A DNA stretch of 64,000 nt, taken from Vulcanimicrobiota bacterium (GTDB lineage Bacteria > Vulcanimicrobiota > Xenobia > Xenobiales > JADMJV01). The stretch is from assembly GCA_050250895.1 (NCBI GenBank), contig JBFWNU010000001.1, positions 2,342,210 to 2,406,209 of the forward strand, written 5' to 3'. Each line of letters begins with the position of its first letter. Positions within the stretch are counted from its first letter, which is position 1. This document shows, piece after piece, positions 55,416 to 64,000 of this stretch. Below the pieces are notes generated by a model. It made no database searches. It saw only the letters and a list, made by a program, of their open reading frames with translations, and was not told the DNA's origin. A program made the translations under genes and the position numbers.

Positions 55416-56773
55416 AGAAACACGCCGATGGGTGGGTTCTGACCATCGCGTTGAGCCTATGTATCCTGGGCATCGTGATGGTATTCTCGTCATCGCTGGT
55501 GACCACCGCGTCCTCCTACGACTTCAATCGCGATCCATACTTCTTCTTGAGGCGGCAACTGGTCTACTTCGTGCTCGCCCTGATCTGTATGGCCGTGGTT
55601 CGACGCATCGACCTCGAGGTGTGGCGCCCCTGGTTGGGTTTTCCCAGCGTGGTATCGGCAGTAGGGCTGCTGATCATGGTGTTGATTGCTGGTCCCGAGA
55701 TTAATGGCGCCCACCGTTGGATCATCATCGGCGGATTCCAGTTCCAGCCGGCCGAGTTCGCCAAGCTTGCCATCATCTTCTATATGGCGGACTTTTTAGC
55801 CCGGCGGGGCGAGAAGATCCAACACTTCATCCGGGTGGTACCCGCCCTGGCCATCTGGGGGATCGTCCTCATCCTGATCGAGCGAGAGCCGGACCTCGGC
55901 ACCGCCCTTGTGGTGGCCGGAGTGTTCATGGCCATGCTCTATGTGGCCGGTGCGCGCCTGTTCCATCTGGGCTCGATGGCCGGAGCCGGAGCCCTGGTGG
56001 TGGTCATGAGCATCATCGCCAAGCCCTACCGGATCAAGCGCATCACCGCCTTTCTCAATCCCGAGCAAGACCCTCAAGGCTCGGGCTATCACGCCATCCA
56101 ATCGCTGATCGCGCTGGGCTCGGGTGGTGTGCTCGGGCGCGGCCTGGGGGCCAGTCATCAGAAGTTCAAGTACCTGCCCGAGGCCCACACCGACTACATC
56201 TTCGCCATTCTGGGTGAAGAGTTGGGATTGCTCGGCGCGGCGGCCGTGCTGGTGCTCTTCGTCTGTTTGCTCTACAAGGGCTTCCGCATCGCTGTCCACT
56301 GCCGCCAGCCCTACTTCCGTTTTCTGGCCGCCGGTTTGACCTTCCAGTTGACTTTGCAAGCTCTGCTCAATATCGGTGTGGTCAGCGGGGCCCTGCCCAG
56401 CACGGGCATTCCGCTGCCTTTCATCTCGTATGGAGGCACTTCGCTTCTCTCCTCGCTGATTTCCATCGGGCTGCTGCTCAACATCAGCGAAGCCAGTGCC
56501 CGCCATCGGGCCAGTCGCAAAAAGCCCACCAGAAAGGTTCGCCGCGCTCGCTCGGGGGCAACCCTGACTTCCTCGCGAGAGGACAGTGTCGAGCCGGTCT
56601 CGAGCGGCAGTTGGGAACGCGACGCCGCCGGCGAAAGACTGCGCTCCTCGAAAGAGAGCCTGCCTCGGCCGGCGGTGGAGCCAGGACTGGTGAAGCAGGG
56701 AAGGGTAGGTTGGGGGTATCGTCGGCGCTCGCTTCGGAAAAGCGATGAGTGGGAAACAGGATCCCACCGCTAG
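55412..56773 (+). CDS. ftsW: SEDS-family peptidoglycan glycosyltransferase FtsW, with a Ser/Arg/Pro-rich C-terminal extension of about 90 aa
   Basis: Ten-TM SEDS pattern. Position between murD and murG. Confidence 0.85.
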   Translation: MKKHADGWVLTIALSLCILGIVMVFSSSLVTTASSYDFNRDPYFFLRRQLVYFVLALICMAVVRRIDLEVWRPWLGFPSVVSAVGLLIMVLIAGPEINGAHRWIIIGGFQFQPAEFAKLAIIFYMADFLARRGEKIQHFIRVVPALAIWGIVLILIEREPDLGTALVVAGVFMAMLYVAGARLFHLGSMAGAGALVVVMSIIAKPYRIKRITAFLNPEQDPQGSGYHAIQSLIALGSGGVLGRGLGASHQKFKYLPEAHTDYIFAILGEELGLLGAAAVLVLFVCLLYKGFRIAVHCRQPYFRFLAAGLTFQLTLQALLNIGVVSGALPSTGIPLPFISYGGTSLLSSLISIGLLLNISEASARHRASRKKPTRKVRRARSGATLTSSREDSVEPVSSGSWERDAAGERLRSSKESLPRPAVEPGLVKQGRVGWGYRRRSLRKSDEWETGSHR

Positions 56774-56786
56774 GGATAGAAAGACT

Positions 56787-56809
56787 GGCCGCCTTCGAGC
56801 GGCCTTTTT
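56787..56809 (+). terminator. Terminator-like hairpin GGCCGC-cttcga-GCGGCC followed by T5, within the dcw cluster between ftsW and murG
   Basis: Read directly. An unusually AT-rich roughly 60-nt segment follows it. Confidence 0.45.
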
Positions 56810-56874
56810 CGTTTGGAGGAATTTGAAAAAAAATCAAAGAACTAGAAACATACGTTCTGAGGGGAATAGGCTTT

Positions 56875-57978
56875 TTGAGCAAAGTCGTCTTTGCTGGAGG
56901 TGGTACCGGCGGACATCTCTATCCCGGCCTCGCGGTGGCGGATCGCCTTCGCTCGGCTGGTAACGAGGTGTGCTTTATCGGTACGCGCCGGGGGGTGGAG
57001 GCTCGGGTTGTGCCCAACTGTGGCTACCCGATCTATTTTGTCCGCGCCCGCGGCTTGTCGTCGCGGCCAATTCCTCTTTTGAAGGCCCTGGCCGAAACGT
57101 TCGTCGGCTTCTTGCAGAGCGTGAAGCTGTTCGTGGGCTGCAAGCCCGACCTGGTGGTCGGCACCGGCGGCTATGTGAGCGCCCCGGCCGTGCTGGCCGC
57201 GGCGATGGTGGGGGTGCCGGTGGTGGTGCTCGAGCAGAATGCCGTACCCGGCAAAGCCACCCGTTTTCTGGCTCGCCTGGCTGACCAGGTCTGCCTGAGC
57301 TTTCCCGAGTCGGCCAATCTACTCAGCGGCGACAAGGTCGTGGTGACCGGCAATCCGGTGCGCCCCGAGTTGATGAATTGCGAGCGCGGCGCCGCCCGCC
57401 GCCAACTAGAATTAGACAGCGACCGTCCCACCCTGCTCATCACCGGGGCCAGCCAGGGCGCAAGCAGCCTCAATCGGGCTACCATGAAAGCTCTGGTGCG
57501 CTGGCGCGACAATCCCTGGACGGTGTTGCACCTGACCGGCGCGTCGCAGCATGAGCAGGTCGCTCGCGAGGCTGCTCCCCTGGTTGAGGGAGGACAGCTC
57601 GACTATCGACCCATAGCCTATCTCGACGATATCGGTTCGGCCTATGCCAGTGCCGACCTGGTGGTGTCGCGGGCCGGCGCCACCACCATCGCCGAACTCA
57701 CTTGCCTGGGGTTGCCCGCCATTTTGGTGCCCTATCCCTTTGCCGGTGGGCATCAGACCCAGAACGCCGAGGCCATGGCCAGAGCTGGCGGAGCCATTCT
57801 GGTGGCCGATGAGAAAATAGAAGAAGAGTTGACCGGGTTAGTGGAGGGGCTATTCCGGGAACCAGAAAAGCTCGAACAAATGCGCGGGGCCAGTGCCTGC
57901 CTGGGAGAACCCGAGGCACTGAATCGTATTGCCGGGATTTGCGAGACCTTAGCCAAGACAGGGAGGACACGACAATGA
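56875..57978 (+). CDS. murG: UDP-N-acetylglucosamine--N-acetylmuramyl-(pentapeptide) pyrophosphoryl-undecaprenol N-acetylglucosamine transferase
   Basis: VVFAGGGTGGHLYPGLAVA is the N-terminal G-loop. Confidence 0.85.
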   Translation: MSKVVFAGGGTGGHLYPGLAVADRLRSAGNEVCFIGTRRGVEARVVPNCGYPIYFVRARGLSSRPIPLLKALAETFVGFLQSVKLFVGCKPDLVVGTGGYVSAPAVLAAAMVGVPVVVLEQNAVPGKATRFLARLADQVCLSFPESANLLSGDKVVVTGNPVRPELMNCERGAARRQLELDSDRPTLLITGASQGASSLNRATMKALVRWRDNPWTVLHLTGASQHEQVAREAAPLVEGGQLDYRPIAYLDDIGSAYASADLVVSRAGATTIAELTCLGLPAILVPYPFAGGHQTQNAEAMARAGGAILVADEKIEEELTGLVEGLFREPEKLEQMRGASACLGEPEALNRIAGICETLAKTGRTRQ

Positions 57979-59405
57979 AGGAAGGCCAGCATGTCCATTT
58001 CGTAGGCATCGGCGGCATCGGGATGAGCGGTATCGCCCGTGTCTTGCTGGAAATGAACTGGAGAGTGTCCGGCTCTGACCTGCGTTCTTCTGGCATCACA
58101 GAAGGGCTGCGGGCCCTGGGGGCTACGATTTTTGAGGGCCACCGGGCCGAGAATGTGGCCGAGGCCGATGTGATCGTGCTTTCTTCGGCCATTCCCGCTT
58201 CCAACCCCGAACTGGTGGAAGCTCGTCGTCGCAATCTGCCGGTCTATGGCCGCAGTGAAATGCTGGGTTTCTTGATGCGCCAGCGGTTCGGCATCGCCGT
58301 GGCCGGGACCCACGGTAAGACCACCACGACCTCTATGGTGGCCCGTGTTCTCGAAGCGAGCAGTCTGCGCCCCACCGTCATCATCGGGGGCGAGGTCAAC
58401 GACATCGGTGGGAACGCAAAACTTGGCCTGGGCGAACACCTGGTGGCCGAAGCCGACGAGTCGGACGCATCCTTTCTTGACCTCGACCCGCGGGTAGCCG
58501 TCATCACGAATATCGATTCCGACGTCAATCTTTCGGCTCCGCCCTTCGCTTCGCTGAACTTCGACTACGATCTCACCATGAATAAGATCGAGGAAATGTT
58601 CGAGCATTTCATGGCCCGTGTCCCGGCCGACACCGGGAAGTTGATCCTCTGCTTTGACAATGAACGCGTGCGCAAGGTTTCGCAGCGGGTCGAGCGCGAG
58701 AAGATCAGCTACGCCCTCGACCACCCGGCGGACCTGACCTGCAAGGGCATCGAACTCAAGGGCTTCGGCTCGACCTGCACCGTGATCTACAAAGGCGAGA
58801 AGCTGGGTTTGCTACGACTGGGCGTACCCGGCCGGCACAACATCTCCAATGCCCTGGCGGCCATCGCCTGTGGTTTGTCCATCGGCCTGGAGCCGGCCGC
58901 CATCTTCGTCGCTCTGGAGAGGTTTGAAGGGGTGCAGCGCCGCTTTCAGATCCTGGGCGAGTTCGGGGGCGTGACCATCGTCGACGACTATGCCCACAAC
59001 CCGCAGAAGATTCAGGCGGCTCTGCACGCTGCCCGCTCGGCCAATCCTCACCGCGTGATCGGCGTCTTTCAGCCCCACCGCTATACTCGCACCAAGTTTC
59101 TGGCCCACGAGTTCGCCGTCTCTTTCGAAGATGCCGACGTGGTGCTGGTGACCGACATCTATTCGGCCGGCGAGGTGCCCATCGTCGGCGCTCGCGCCGA
59201 GAACGTGGTCGAACTCATTCGCCAACACGGTAAACCCGCTAAAGTGGTCTACACGCCTCACAAAGCCGATATGATTCGTTATCTGGTGGAGGAGTGCGAG
59301 CCGGGTGATGTGGTCGTGACCCTTGGCGCCGGTGACATCGGTGCCTGGGGCGCCAGCCTGGGCGACTTCCTGGGAAAGCCACCGGCCGACCGGGCGGCGA
59401 TGTAG
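57975..59405 (+). CDS. murC: UDP-N-acetylmuramate--L-alanine ligase
   Basis: Internal ATG after the GGGAGGA RBS gives MKEGQHVHFVGIGGIGMSGIARVLLEM. A Mur ligase P-loop GTHGKTTTTS follows. Confidence 0.9.
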   Translation: MKEGQHVHFVGIGGIGMSGIARVLLEMNWRVSGSDLRSSGITEGLRALGATIFEGHRAENVAEADVIVLSSAIPASNPELVEARRRNLPVYGRSEMLGFLMRQRFGIAVAGTHGKTTTTSMVARVLEASSLRPTVIIGGEVNDIGGNAKLGLGEHLVAEADESDASFLDLDPRVAVITNIDSDVNLSAPPFASLNFDYDLTMNKIEEMFEHFMARVPADTGKLILCFDNERVRKVSQRVEREKISYALDHPADLTCKGIELKGFGSTCTVIYKGEKLGLLRLGVPGRHNISNALAAIACGLSIGLEPAAIFVALERFEGVQRRFQILGEFGGVTIVDDYAHNPQKIQAALHAARSANPHRVIGVFQPHRYTRTKFLAHEFAVSFEDADVVLVTDIYSAGEVPIVGARAENVVELIRQHGKPAKVVYTPHKADMIRYLVEECEPGDVVVTLGAGDIGAWGASLGDFLGKPPADRAAM

Positions 59406-59913
59406 AGTAGCTCTCGGCCTGCGGCCGACGAGGAGCGTCGGCTTCGCCGCCGGATTTCGACGCTGCGCGTCGACAGGGAGCGCCGACTTCGTCGTCGGGA
59501 GAAGGAGCCGTGCGCTTCGCGCGGAGATTTCGGCCTTCGGCCGACGAGGAGCGTCGGCTTCGCCGCCGGGATTTCGACGCTGCGCGTCGACAGGGAGCCC
59601 CGACTTCGTCGTCGGGAGAAGGAGCCGAGCGCTTCGCGCGGAGATTTCGGCCTTCGGCCGACAGGGAGAGCCGCTAGCGCCGCTAGAAATCTCTCTCGGA
59701 GGGAGCGGTAGCGACTGACGCTCCTTTCTCGGCCGCAGGCCGCTCCTTTTCCCGTGAGCGAAGCGAGCGCTCCTTTTCCCGGGCCGTTCCTTTCCCCGTG
59801 AGCGAAGCGAGCGCTCCTCTCTCGGCCGCAGGCCGCTCCTTTCCCCACGGGAAGGGAATTTTTTTCAAGTTCGCGAAGAATGGCTGACATGGCTGTTTCA
59901 AGGCCATGAAGAA
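59405..59913. repeat. Complex repeat-rich spacer between murC and ftsQ. A tandem repeat of about 116 bp occurs about 2.3 times at 59423-59680. It is followed by mirrored motifs in A-B...B-A order at 59727-59845 (A=CTCGGCCGCAGGCCGCTCCT, B=CCCGTGAGCGAAGCGAGCGCTCC).
   Basis: Read directly. Motif A is the reverse complement of CTCGGCCTGCGGCCGAG at 59411-59427. Confidence 0.75.
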
Positions 59914-60768
59914 GTGGACTCGGGAATGCAAGCCCGCAATCTCCAAACAAAGCTAAAGACTCGCAGGCATCTCACTCACGGTCGCCGTGGGGGGGTCGTC
60001 TATCGCAAGCCCAGAAGGGCGAAAGGTCCGCGACGTGAGGCCTTTACGGCCAGCCCTCGGCGTCTTTTCTTGATTTTTCTGTTTCTGGTTGCCCAGTTGA
60101 TCTTTGCCGGGTCCGAGCTGTTCAATATCCGCGATATCTCGATTTCGGGCGTGTCGCCCATCACCAACGAGGCTCTGCTTGAGCAAGCCCGCCTCGGGCC
60201 CGACGCCAACTACTGGTCGGTTTCGCCCGACACCATCGAACGGCGGCTACTGAGCTTCCATGAGTTGCGCACCGTCGATGTCGAGCGGGTCTTTCCGGGG
60301 ATGGTTTCGATTCGGGTGGCCCAGCGCCATCCCCGTTATCAGGTGGCCATGACCGCGGCCAAGCCCGAATGGTTTCAGGCCGACGCCGATGGGGTGATTT
60401 TGGGCAAAGCGACGGCTGACTCGAAGTTTCCCAGGATTATGGTCGACCAGCCCGTGGTGCAGGGGGCCCGGCTGCCGCGCGAGTCCGCCTTCGCGGTGCG
60501 CGAGTCGGTGCGCTGGCTGCACACTCTTTTGCCCGGCAAGCCGATCTCTTATCACGTCGACGCAAATTACGAGGTCACGATCAAGACGCTCTATCGCGGG
60601 GTGACTTTGTCGATCAAGGTCGGTCAGATGGAGCGCATGGAGTATAAAGCCGGTGTGCTGAAAGCCCTGGCGGGCCAGTTCAAAAGCCAGAAGGGCCAGT
60701 TCGAGCTGGTCGACTTGCGCTACGCTACCCCGGTGGTTCGTCTGAAAGCCGAGAAGAAACCCGAGTAA
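59914..60768 (+). CDS. ftsQ: Cell division protein FtsQ/DivIB (TM plus POTRA domain)
   Basis: Basic N-terminus, TM segment LFLIFLFLVAQLIFAGS, and a POTRA-like region FNIRDISISGVSPITNEALL. Confidence 0.7.
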   Translation: MDSGMQARNLQTKLKTRRHLTHGRRGGVVYRKPRRAKGPRREAFTASPRRLFLIFLFLVAQLIFAGSELFNIRDISISGVSPITNEALLEQARLGPDANYWSVSPDTIERRLLSFHELRTVDVERVFPGMVSIRVAQRHPRYQVAMTAAKPEWFQADADGVILGKATADSKFPRIMVDQPVVQGARLPRESAFAVRESVRWLHTLLPGKPISYHVDANYEVTIKTLYRGVTLSIKVGQMERMEYKAGVLKALAGQFKSQKGQFELVDLRYATPVVRLKAEKKPE

Positions 60769-60856
60769 ATCAGGGTTTACGCTGTGCCCGCGGTGTGCTA
60801 GAATCGGCCCGAGGGGCCGGGCGGCTTTCATCCCGGCCCGGAAAGAAGAACTTGTT

Positions 60857-61678
60857 TTGGAACCGAAGGCGTCCGCGCAGTTGTCTATAGTGCAGGCGGA
60901 CGGTGTCATAAAACCTGGCGGCCAGAACTGGCAGTTGCCTGTGATGTTAGCCAGCCTCTTGCTCGGGGTCGTGATTTCGCTTCAGTTCCGCTCCAGCCGG
61001 GCCGTGGTCGAGACCCCCCAGGGTGAGCGCACTGAGTTGATCGCTCTGGTAAAGAGCCTCGAGTCTGAACGCAACAAGCTTTCAGCCGAATTGACCGAGA
61101 CGCGAGACCGTCTCGGCGAGATCGAGGCGGCTCTAGGCCAGGGGCAGTCCATGAATCAGCAGCTGAATGCCCAGTTCGAGTCGGCCCGCGTCCAGGCGGG
61201 CCTGATGTCGATGAAAGGCCCCGGTGTCGTTGTCCGCATGGCCGACTCGCCTCGCAAGCCCGGTCAAGAAGAAGACCCTTACTTTTACATCGTCCATGAC
61301 GTGGATATCCAGGCTCTGGTGAACGAATTATGGGCGGCCGGGGCCGAGGCAGTGTCGGTCAACGATCAGCGCATCGTCACTCGCAGCTCGATCCGCTGCG
61401 TGGGCCCTACCATTCTGGTCAACGCCAACCGGCTTGCCTCGCCCTATATCATCAAAGCGATCGGCCCGGCCTCGGACCTCGAGGGTGGGCTGCGCATGCC
61501 GGGTGGTTACATCGACAGCATGAGCGCGCTGGTGAACAATGGAGGCGAAGTGGTGGTGAGCCGCCTGCAGGAAGTGGTCGTGCCCACCTATCACGGTAGC
61601 CTGGTCAACCGATATGCCAAACCCGTCGAAGGCGCGGGGAGCAGTACCGGAGCAACCGGAGAATTGACGGCCGAATAG
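60857..61678 (+). CDS. DUF881-family protein (YlxW/YlxX-like, dcw-associated)
   Basis: N-terminal TM, a coiled-coil region, and a C-terminal DUF881-like domain (YFYIVHDVDIQALVNELWAAGAEAVSVNDQRIV). In the divIB-ylxW-ylxX-sbp position. Confidence 0.65.
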   Translation: MEPKASAQLSIVQADGVIKPGGQNWQLPVMLASLLLGVVISLQFRSSRAVVETPQGERTELIALVKSLESERNKLSAELTETRDRLGEIEAALGQGQSMNQQLNAQFESARVQAGLMSMKGPGVVVRMADSPRKPGQEEDPYFYIVHDVDIQALVNELWAAGAEAVSVNDQRIVTRSSIRCVGPTILVNANRLASPYIIKAIGPASDLEGGLRMPGGYIDSMSALVNNGGEVVVSRLQEVVVPTYHGSLVNRYAKPVEGAGSSTGATGELTAE

Positions 61679-61680
61679 TT

Positions 61681-62034
61681 ATGTGGGTAGTGGTTGGTCT
61701 GCTTTTAGGAGTAATTGTGGGGTTGGTGGTGCCCTTCCAGATCCCAGTGGCTATCTCCAAGTATGTCTCGGTAGCCTTCTTGGGAGGATTGGACTCGGTG
61801 CTGGGGGGGACTCGGGCCGGGCTCGAGCATCGTTTCGACCTGTGGGTCTTCTCGACCGGATTTTTCACCAATATCATCCTGGCGGTGCTGGTGACCTGGG
61901 TAGGCCAGGTGCTCGGCGCGGACCTCTATCTGGCGGCGGTGGTGACCTTCGGCTTTCGCATCTTCGCCAACCTGGGCCCCATCCGGCGCCACCTCATCGG
62001 GCGCCCGGCCCTGGCTCAGTCGGTCTTGCCGTAG
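61681..62034 (+). CDS. sbp: Small basic protein Sbp (DUF1290)
   Basis: 117 aa with about 4 TM segments. It immediately follows DUF881, as in Bacillus. Confidence 0.6.
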   Translation: MWVVVGLLLGVIVGLVVPFQIPVAISKYVSVAFLGGLDSVLGGTRAGLEHRFDLWVFSTGFFTNIILAVLVTWVGQVLGADLYLAAVVTFGFRIFANLGPIRRHLIGRPALAQSVLP

Positions 62035-62630
62035 TTCTCTAGCCAGCGCATCGTCTCGGTCACTCCGTGCTTTTTCTCGTATTCCAAGATGATCGAGATG
62101 GCCCGCCCGAAAGTAAAATGACGGATCTTCAAGAGCTTGGCTGCCTCTTTCGGGTGGGTTGGCAGCAGCAGGTGGTATTCGATCCAGCGCGCCATGCCCT
62201 CGCGTAGTCCGCGGTCGCCCATCAGAATGGACTTTTCTCGCTGGTAAGCATGCACGAGTTCATGGCCTAGAATCGAGCGAAATCGCGGTCGAGGCAGCCC
62301 GGGAATCACCATGACCTGATGGGCTTTCTTGTCGCCGAATTCCTGCGGGGTGTAGCGACCCATGTTGCCTTCGGCGTGGTAGAAGCCCGCCTTCCAGCCG
62401 GCCGCGGGCGGCTGCTTGAGTTCTAGCAAGACGGGCCAGGTAAGGGAAATGCCGTATTCTTTCTTGAGTAGCGGGCGCAACTCGTCGAGCACCAGGCGAG
62501 CCTGGACCGAGCCGTTGACGGTTTTCGCCTCGGCGAAATCCGAGAGAGTCATCTGAAATTCAGCCCGCCCGGTAAGGGCGAACTCGAGGGCCCGGCCGAC
62601 GCGGGTGACCAGCTTTTCTACCAGGTCCAT
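62016..62630 (-). CDS. Hypothetical protein with an HExxH motif (HELVHAYQ); putative zinc metallopeptidase-like
   Basis: 204-aa ORF convergent with sbp. Confidence 0.45.
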   Translation of the reverse strand: MDLVEKLVTRVGRALEFALTGRAEFQMTLSDFAEAKTVNGSVQARLVLDELRPLLKKEYGISLTWPVLLELKQPPAAGWKAGFYHAEGNMGRYTPQEFGDKKAHQVMVIPGLPRPRFRSILGHELVHAYQREKSILMGDRGLREGMARWIEYHLLLPTHPKEAAKLLKIRHFTFGRAISIILEYEKKHGVTETMRWLENYGKTD

Positions 62631-62686
62631 AGCTCGATTATACCATTGAACAAGGAGCTTGCCAGTCCTACCAGGAAGCCGTTCGG

Positions 62687-63622
62687 ATGAATATTTGCGT
62701 CACCGGCGGGGCCGGTTTCATCGGGTCGAATCTGGTCGATCTGCTGGTCGAGAACGGCCACCGGGTGGTCGTCATCGACGATCTAGGGACCGGCCGCCGC
62801 GGCAACCTCCGCCCCGAGGTTCCATTCTACGAGTGTTCGGTGGGCGCCCCCCGGGTGCGCGATGTGCTGGTGGAACACGCCGTCGAGGTGGTTTGTCATC
62901 ATGCGGCCCAGATCGACGTGCGGAAGTCGATCGAGGACCCGGTCCACGACGCCGGGGTCAACATCCTCGAAGGCCTGCGCCTGCTCGACGCCTGCCGCAG
63001 CGCGGGCGTCAAGAAAGTCGTCTACGCCTCGACCGGCGGGGCCATCTATGGTGATCCGGGCATCGAGGCCCTGCCGGCTGACGAGTCGACCCCGGTGCGC
63101 CCACTGAGTGGCTACGGCATCTCGAAACACACCCTCGAGCACTACCTCGAGCTTTATCGTTCGCTCTACGGCCTGGGCTATACGGTGCTTCGCTACGCCA
63201 ACATCTACGGCCCACGCCAGGACCCTCTGGGCGAGGCCGGTGTGATCGCCATCTTCACCGATTGCGTGCTCTCGGGCAAGACGCCACGAATCTTCGGCGA
63301 CGGGCAGCAGACCCGCGACTATGTCTACGTCGGTGACGTGTGCCGGGCCAATCTGCTGGCCTTGACCGCGGGCGACGGCGAGATCCTCAACATCGGGACC
63401 GCGGTCGAGACCACCGTCATCGGGCTACTCGAAGAACTCAACCGGGCCACCGACCAATCGGTCGAGGCCAGCTTTGAAGCCGCCCGACCCGGCGAGGTCT
63501 ATCGGATCGCTCTCAGCTTTGGCCGAGCCGAGAAAGTCTTGGGTTGGCGGCCCGAGGTGGATCTGGCCGAAGGTCTGCGCAAGACCATCGCCTTCCAACG
63601 GAGCCTGGCTAAAGCTGAGTGA
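62687..63622 (+). CDS. NAD-dependent epimerase/dehydratase (UDP-glucose 4-epimerase GalE-like)
   Basis: VTGGAGFIGSNLV Rossmann motif; the YxxxK motif is in YGISKHTLE. Confidence 0.8.
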   Translation: MNICVTGGAGFIGSNLVDLLVENGHRVVVIDDLGTGRRGNLRPEVPFYECSVGAPRVRDVLVEHAVEVVCHHAAQIDVRKSIEDPVHDAGVNILEGLRLLDACRSAGVKKVVYASTGGAIYGDPGIEALPADESTPVRPLSGYGISKHTLEHYLELYRSLYGLGYTVLRYANIYGPRQDPLGEAGVIAIFTDCVLSGKTPRIFGDGQQTRDYVYVGDVCRANLLALTAGDGEILNIGTAVETTVIGLLEELNRATDQSVEASFEAARPGEVYRIALSFGRAEKVLGWRPEVDLAEGLRKTIAFQRSLAKAE

Positions 63623-64000
63623 TCGGGAGGCTCTGGTCGCCGACCCGCACTTCGTCTTGTAGCCAGGAGAGGTCCACCGCGGAGTCGGTGCCGGTCAGAT
63701 AGAGCTTGAGTTGTTCGGCCGTCATGTGCCGACTGAGCACGACATGGAGCGAGTGCACGGTGGCCTCGTTGCGGTGCTCGACCGCCCAAGCGTGCAGCTC
63801 GGGCAGCTTCATCTGGCTCGAGGCCGAGAACGTGTTGAGACCGGTCTCCAACTGATAGGCTTTGCCCAGTTCGCCCCGGTCGGAGAAGGCCTGGTGATCT
63901 TCTCGCAGTTGCTCAGAGATCTCTTCTCGGGAGATATCGGGCAGCGCGGGCGTCGGGTTGCTGGCTTCACTGGCCAGTATACTGCTGCTGCGCTCGAGCG
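63609..64000 (-). CDS. 3' portion of a longer minus-strand gene (hypothetical); its 5' end lies beyond the window
   Basis: My own translation shows the frame stays open from the window edge down to the stop at 63609 (...LERSSSILASEASNPTPALPDISREEISEQLREDHQAFSDRGELGKAYQLETGLNTF...). The ORF track only shows it from an internal TTG. Confidence 0.4.
   Translation of the reverse strand, partial: LERSSSILASEASNPTPALPDISREEISEQLREDHQAFSDRGELGKAYQLETGLNTFSASSQMKLPELHAWAVEHRNEATVHSLHVVLSRHMTAEQLKLYLTGTDSAVDLSWLQDEVRVGDQSLPITQL

Noticed and set aside
59279-59950. 223-aa minus ORF and 131-aa plus ORF in the murC-ftsQ spacer
   Set aside because: They are encoded entirely by tandem repeats (repeated RRSRRSLSTRSVEI and FAAGFRRCASTGS segments), with no start context.

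Overview
This is a high-GC (about 65%) bacterial chromosomal segment. The phylum is not assignable from sequence alone. The dcw cluster has Firmicute/Actinobacteria-like content (murC then ftsQ then DUF881 then Sbp), and EF-Ts is the short form. From left to right the window contains: (1) a 3'-truncated Rpn/YhgA-type PD-(D/E)XK nuclease gene, followed by a roughly 1-kb repeat-rich intergenic region. (2) A Hanks-type Ser/Thr kinase, convergent with a regulator that carries an FHA domain and a SARP-type regulator domain (winged HTH plus BTAD) on one polypeptide. (3) A lower-GC accessory stretch (about 5.3 to 11 kb) with gene remnants, frameshifted secreted paralogs, a secreted CHAP/NlpC-like protein, small ORFs, and a two-gene cassette encoding an XRE-HTH protein that is flanked by roughly 105-bp direct repeats. 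(4) A roughly 10-kb translationally coupled sugar-modification operon. It has a divergent AsnB-like amidotransferase, then an SxtJ-like gene, a carbamoyltransferase, an SxtK-like gene, a deacetylase-like gene, a B12-dependent radical-SAM gene, a DegT-family aminotransferase and a 602-aa GT-C-like membrane protein, with an SGNH hydrolase and an aldose-1-epimerase next to it. (5) miaB behind an 800-bp repeat-rich leader, a GAF-PAS histidine kinase, a block of four secreted or lipoprotein genes with no recognisable family, and hslU without hslV. (6) rpsB, tsf, an inserted FHA protein, pyrH, frr, uppS, cdsA, dxr and rseP. (7) A response-regulator/PP2C phosphatase, a YrdC/Sua5-family gene, birA, a dodecin gene, a PHP hydrolase and clpS. 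(8) The dcw cluster mraZ, rsmH, ftsL, a class-B PBP, murE, murF, mraY, murD, ftsW, murG and murC, then a 500-bp repeat region, then ftsQ, DUF881 and sbp, with a consensus Pmra promoter carrying three TGGGG-like MraZ boxes. (9) An HExxH protein, a GalE-like epimerase and a partial convergent ORF at the right edge. No rRNA, tRNA or CRISPR array was seen. The most system-like novelty is the sugar-modification operon, which resembles an Arn-type pathway extended by carbamoylation and radical-SAM chemistry. The next most interesting items are the direct-repeat-flanked HTH cassette and several unusually structured repeat-rich intergenic regions. Nucleotide coordinates that I derived by eye for hairpins and promoters may be off by 1 to 2 nt.
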